DNA from: Candidatus Aenigmatarchaeota archaeon
Lineage (GTDB): Archaea > Aenigmatarchaeota > Aenigmatarchaeia > QMZP01 > QMZT01
DNA length: 64,000 nt
Direction of reading: 5' to 3'
Assembly: GCA_041489155.1 (NCBI GenBank)
Contig: JBGPQP010000001.1
Coordinates: 64,001 to 128,000, forward strand
Shown here: one piece after another, positions 59,805-64,000 of the stretch
Numbering within the stretch: position 1 is the stretch's first letter
How the letters are laid out: every line of letters begins with the position of its first letter
Program-made: the position numbers and the translations under genes
The notes under the pieces: generated by a model
Told to the model about the DNA's origin: nothing
Databases searched by the model: none
What the model saw: the letters and a program-made list of their open reading frames with translations, nothing else

Positions 59805-61145
59805 TAACTTCTCGATTTCCTTCCGTACCTCGTCAAGCAGGAAAGAGCCTACAGCATTGAATTCCTTCTCATTTTCGGCTTCCCATCTGAGCACAAGCGC
59901 TGGTTGCGTATTTGAAGCACGTACGATAAACCATGACTTTTCCATAACGATTTTCACCCCGTCTAGCGTTATCATCCTGCCCCTTCCCCTGAATCTCTTC
60001 TTGAGCCTTTCGACCACCTCGAATTTCTTCTCGTCCGGACACTGGATTCGCGTGTCGTCAGAAGTTACGTATTTCGGGAGTTCGTCACCAAACTCTGACA
60101 TTCCTTTTTCGGATCTGGAAAGAAGTTCGGCGATTTTTACAGAGGCGAATATGCCGTCGTCGTAATTGTGGCTTTCCCTGAAATAATAATGCCCAGATGT
60201 TTCGCCACCAAGGATGCAATTTTCCTGTACCATCCTTTCCTGTATGTACGAGTGCCCGACCTTCGAGAGCACAGGGACACCGCCTTTCCGGCGGATCACA
60301 TCTTCCACAAGTTTTGATGCCAGTACCTCGTGTACTATTTTTGCCCCCGAATTCTTGCCCAGCACGTTCTCTATGAGCAAGGCAAAGGCGATGTTATTCG
60401 GCACGACCTGGCCTTCTTCATCAACGAAACCAACGCGGTCGCCGTCACCGTCATACGCTATTCCCAGGTCGGCCTTTGCTTCCTTCACTTTTCTCTGCAA
60501 ATCCTCGAGGTTCGTTCTTACGAGCGGATCAGGATGATGGTTAGGAAAGTCCCCGTCAGGCTGGCAATGAAGTTCAACGACTTCGCAGCCGAGCCTTCTG
60601 AAGATCTGGCATGCAACTTTCCCGGCGATCCCGTTACCTGCGTCTATGACGATGCGCAGCGACCTTGCAAGTTCCGTTTTACCGGTGACGAAATCAATGT
60701 AATCGTCTTCTGCATTTGTCACGGTTATTGCGCCCCTGAGACCCCTTGATTTGATGCCGTTTAGCACCATTTTCTCCACTTCCATTATGCCGGTTTCATA
60801 GGAGAGGCAAACGCCGTTTTTCCTGCACATCTTTATGCCGTTGTACTCCTTGGAATTATGGGACCCTGTTATCATCGTGCCGCCGTCGAGCCTTTTCTGG
60901 GCAACGGTAAAATAGAGGACCGGCGTTGGAACCATGCCTATATCTATAACGTTCAATCCTGCCTCGGTAAGACCTTTCAGAAGATTGCTCCTCAGGTCGG
61001 GACTGCTTTTCCTGGCGTCAGCACCCAGTGCGATGGTCCCTTTCCCGATGAACTTGCCGAAGGCCAGGCCTATTTTATAGGCCATTTCCCCGTTAAGCTG
61101 GACCGGGTAAACGCCCCTAACATCGTAGGCTCTGAATATAGACAT
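59799..61145 (-). CDS. Phosphomannomutase/phosphoglucomutase
   Basis: IFRAYDVRG, TGSHN, DGDGDR, GETSGH, RASNTQP. Confidence 0.94.
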   Translation of the reverse strand: MSIFRAYDVRGVYPVQLNGEMAYKIGLAFGKFIGKGTIALGADARKSSPDLRSNLLKGLTEAGLNVIDIGMVPTPVLYFTVAQKRLDGGTMITGSHNSKEYNGIKMCRKNGVCLSYETGIMEVEKMVLNGIKSRGLRGAITVTNAEDDYIDFVTGKTELARSLRIVIDAGNGIAGKVACQIFRRLGCEVVELHCQPDGDFPNHHPDPLVRTNLEDLQRKVKEAKADLGIAYDGDGDRVGFVDEEGQVVPNNIAFALLIENVLGKNSGAKIVHEVLASKLVEDVIRRKGGVPVLSKVGHSYIQERMVQENCILGGETSGHYYFRESHNYDDGIFASVKIAELLSRSEKGMSEFGDELPKYVTSDDTRIQCPDEKKFEVVERLKKRFRGRGRMITLDGVKIVMEKSWFIVRASNTQPALVLRWEAENEKEFNAVGSFLLDEVRKEIEKLS

Positions 61146-61243
61146 AGCCCCACCAAAGGATAATATTATTCTGGGCATGTGTTTAAAAAGCGTGCCCCGA
61201 CGCAATCCAAATCATTTAAATACCTTACCCTAATATTTACTTT

Positions 61244-61516
61244 ATGAAATTGGTGGTATTGGAAAACGACCCGAAGAAGATGGTTCTAGAAGTTCAGGGA
61301 GAGACGCACACGTTCCTCAACCTCCTCAGGGAGAACGCATGGGAGGCAGGCAGCAAGCAGGCATCTTACATGATCGAGCATCCGTATCTCTCGGAACCAA
61401 AAATGATAATCAGGGCGGACAACCCCAAAAAAGTCCTTGATGCCGCTGCACAGATGATAATCGACCAGGCAAAGGAATTCGAAAAGGAATTCAGAAGGGT
61501 TTCGGCCAAAAAATAA
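61244..61516 (+). CDS. rpoL: RNA polymerase subunit Rpo11 (L)
   Basis: GETHTFLNLL, YMIEHP. Confidence 0.9.
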   Translation: MKLVVLENDPKKMVLEVQGETHTFLNLLRENAWEAGSKQASYMIEHPYLSEPKMIIRADNPKKVLDAAAQMIIDQAKEFEKEFRRVSAKK

Positions 61517-61533
61517 AAGCAGGCATTTTTTGT

Positions 61534-62175
61534 ATGCTCAGGGTCATAAAGCCGGAGATTAGAATCATAGGATGGGACGACGCCCCCTTTACTTTTAACG
61601 ATAAAGACACGCTGTTAGTCGGAGTGATATGCAGGGGCGGCATGCAGATAGACGGGATGCTGTCTACAAGAATAGCAGTAGACGGGAAGGACGCAACAGA
61701 CAAGATAGCCGCCTCGATAAACGCCAGCAGCCACAGGGAGCAGCTCAGGGTGATAATGCTCGACGGCATAACTTTCGGCGGCTTCAACATAGTTGACATC
61801 GGCAAGCTGTATGAAAAAACTAGGCTGCCGGTAATCGCCGTCATCGACAGGAAACCGGACATGGAAGCCATAAAGAAAAGCCTCTCGAAGTTTGCTGACA
61901 ATAGAGAAAGATGGAAAACGATTGCAAACGCGGGTAATATAAAACGACTTGAAGTGAAAAACAAGGTCCTTGACGGCAGGAGGACCCTGTATTATCAGAA
62001 GGCAGGAATAGACGATTACGACTGTGAAAGGATTATAAATCTTACCTCTGTTAATTCAGTAATACCTGAACCAGTAAGGGTGGCACATTTAATATGCGCT
62101 GGATTAAGAAGCGAAAGCCGCTTTCCGGGAAAATGGCAGACAGGTCGCATGGACTGCGAAAAGCGACCGGCTTGA
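61534..62175 (+). CDS. DUF99 (endonuclease V-like) protein
   Basis: IGWDDAPF, VDGKDAT, LDGITFGGFNIVD, PEPVRVAHL. Confidence 0.88.
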   Translation: MLRVIKPEIRIIGWDDAPFTFNDKDTLLVGVICRGGMQIDGMLSTRIAVDGKDATDKIAASINASSHREQLRVIMLDGITFGGFNIVDIGKLYEKTRLPVIAVIDRKPDMEAIKKSLSKFADNRERWKTIANAGNIKRLEVKNKVLDGRRTLYYQKAGIDDYDCERIINLTSVNSVIPEPVRVAHLICAGLRSESRFPGKWQTGRMDCEKRPA

Positions 62176-62708
62176 AGAAGAGCAGGTTAGACCTGGAAGG
62201 ATCGACCGGAACAGTGATTTACATTTTACTCGGCGTATTCCTCGCTTTCGGGGTAAACATAGTGCTCGGCCAGGCGCTTTCGACGGACATGCCGGTCGTT
62301 GCAGTCGAATCGAACAGCATGGTGCCGACTTTTTACCAGGGTGACATCCTGATAATTCAGGGGACGGCGAACCCGGATAACTACAAAAACATGCTTGCAA
62401 TCGGCGACATAATAGTTTTTTCGGTCGAGGGGCGCGACGTCCCGATAGTCCACAGAATAAAGGCAATAAATTCCGACGGCTCCTTCCAGACGCAGGGCGA
62501 TGCCAATACCGCGCAGCACCCCTTCGAGAAGCGCATCGAACCCGGGCAGATTCACGGCAAGGTACTTATGACCGTCCCGTATCTCGGCTGGGTCAAGATA
62601 GGAATAACAGAATACCTGTTGCCGTTCCTGCTCAAGAACGTCATACTTGTCGTTGTCATGGGCGTAACAGTTATGTTTTTATACTTAATCGTGAAAGAAT
62701 ATAGGTAA
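62133..62708 (+). CDS. Signal peptidase I (Sec11-type)
   Basis: SNSMVP, GD, PIVHRI, TQGDAN, VPYLGW. Confidence 0.9.
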   Translation: MADRSHGLRKATGLKKSRLDLEGSTGTVIYILLGVFLAFGVNIVLGQALSTDMPVVAVESNSMVPTFYQGDILIIQGTANPDNYKNMLAIGDIIVFSVEGRDVPIVHRIKAINSDGSFQTQGDANTAQHPFEKRIEPGQIHGKVLMTVPYLGWVKIGITEYLLPFLLKNVILVVVMGVTVMFLYLIVKEYR

Positions 62709-62725
62709 CTTCATGGTGAAATGAA

Positions 62726-63046
62726 ATGCACTTCTGCCCCAAATGCGGCCTGGTCTGCGTTTCCAAAAGGGAAAAGAGCAAAACCTTCCTTGTATGCAGG
62801 AAATGCGGCTACAAAATAAAAGATTACAAGCCCATCGAGATAAAGGAAGAGGTAAAGAAGGACCCGCTAGACGAAGTGGTGATAATAGAGGAGAAAAGGG
62901 AAGCGCTTCCGAAAATCCGCCTCGTCTGCCCCAAATGCAGCAACAAGGAAGCGGTCTGGTGGATGCAGCAGACGCGCTCGACCGACGAGCCGCCCACGCT
63001 TTTCTTCAGATGCACAAAATGCAGGCATTCCTGGAGAGAATATTAA
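62726..63046 (+). CDS. tfs: Transcription factor S
   Basis: Two Zn ribbons; QTRSTDEPPT acidic hairpin intact. Confidence 0.92.
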   Translation: MHFCPKCGLVCVSKREKSKTFLVCRKCGYKIKDYKPIEIKEEVKKDPLDEVVIIEEKREALPKIRLVCPKCSNKEAVWWMQQTRSTDEPPTLFFRCTKCRHSWREY

Positions 63047-63074
63047 TAAATAAACATCACTTCTATTATTCTCT

Positions 63075-64000
63075 ATGAAAATCTTGGTTACTGGTGGCGC
63101 CGGTTTTATCGGTTCACATCTGGTGGACAAGCTGATTGCAGAAGGGCATGATGTAGTTGTTCTCGACATTATGGAGCCTCAGGTCCATCAGGGCAAAAAA
63201 CCGGATTATCTGAACCCTAGGGCAAAGTATGTTTACAAGGATATCAAAGACAAAAAAAACCTGGCTTCCCTGCTCAAGGATGCAGAAATTGTCTTCCATC
63301 AGGCTGCGAATGTCGGCGTAGGCCAGTCGATGTACGAAATCGAGAGATACACTGAAACCAACGTGATGGGAACTGCCAGATTGCTCGATGCACTTGTTAA
63401 TTCTGAGAATAGCGTGAAAAAGCTGATTGTTGCAAGTTCTATGAGCATCTACGGCGAAGGCGCCTATGCCTGCGGCAAATGCGGCGTTGTATACCCTGAG
63501 TTGAGACCGGAAGGGCAGCTGAAAAAAAGGGAATGGGAAATGAAATGCCCCGCCTGCGGCAAAACAGCAAAACCCCTTCCCACAGGAGAAAATAAGCCAT
63601 TGAAACCGACTTCTGTTTATGCTATCTCCAAGAGGGATCAGGAAGAACTGTGCCTCTCCGTCGGTCGCGCGTATGGCATTCCTGCCGTAGCATTGCGCTA
63701 TTTCAACGTTTACGGCCCTAGACAATCGCTCTCCAATCCTTACACAGGCGTATGCGCCATATTTTCATCCAGGATAAAGAACAGCAACCCACCAATAATC
63801 TACGAGGACGGTTTGCAGACAAGGGACTTCATTTACGTCGAAGACATTGTCCAAGCCAACCTGCTCGCCATGAAAAGCAGTGCTGCCAACTACAAGGCAC
63901 TTAATGTCGGTACAGGCAAGCCGACGAGCATACTCGACATCGCCGGTGTCCTTTCAAAACTTTACGGCAAAGACATTAAGCCACAGGTGATAAACAAATA
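63075..64000 (+). CDS. NAD-dependent nucleotide-sugar epimerase/dehydratase (runs off the window end; absent from the ORF track)
   Basis: MKILVTGGAGFIGSH, YAISK, LRYFNVYGP; CGKC...CPAC insert. Confidence 0.92.
   Translation, partial: MKILVTGGAGFIGSHLVDKLIAEGHDVVVLDIMEPQVHQGKKPDYLNPRAKYVYKDIKDKKNLASLLKDAEIVFHQAANVGVGQSMYEIERYTETNVMGTARLLDALVNSENSVKKLIVASSMSIYGEGAYACGKCGVVYPELRPEGQLKKREWEMKCPACGKTAKPLPTGENKPLKPTSVYAISKRDQEELCLSVGRAYGIPAVALRYFNVYGPRQSLSNPYTGVCAIFSSRIKNSNPPIIYEDGLQTRDFIYVEDIVQANLLAMKSSAANYKALNVGTGKPTSILDIAGVLSKLYGKDIKPQVINK

Noticed and set aside
63114..63725. 203-aa minus-strand ORF
   Set aside because: Antisense shadow of the epimerase starting at 63075.

Overview
Gene-dense archaeal chromosome segment with about 60 CDS and one intron-containing tRNA. 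No rRNA, CRISPR array, transposase or integrase was seen. Gene content and style suggest a DPANN-like lineage, possibly Aenigmarchaeota; this is inference only. The window holds mostly housekeeping genes: radA, dnaG, cca, rpl1-rpl10-rpl12, alaS, thermosome, secF/secD, aglB, upper mevalonate pathway, rpoL and tfs. It is centred on a replication locus at about 29.9-37.9 kb. That locus has ORB repeats upstream of cdc6 and a second ORB cluster about 5 kb away beside polB. It also encodes a shrunken, catalytically dead homolog of the PolD small subunit (DP1) and a family-B polymerase ending in a zinc finger resembling the PolD large-subunit (DP2) C-terminus. Together these suggest an archaeal two-subunit PolB built like eukaryotic Pol alpha/delta/epsilon (catalytic subunit plus inactive B-subunit). 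Other points of interest are a tRNA-Ile with a UAU anticodon and structured intron, four tandem paralogous lipoproteins next to a pilin-like gene, an arginine-synthetase-like ATPase coupled to an ADP-forming acyl-CoA synthetase, and a DUF1015-aminotransferase-serA operon. All family calls come from motif recognition by eye; no searches were run.
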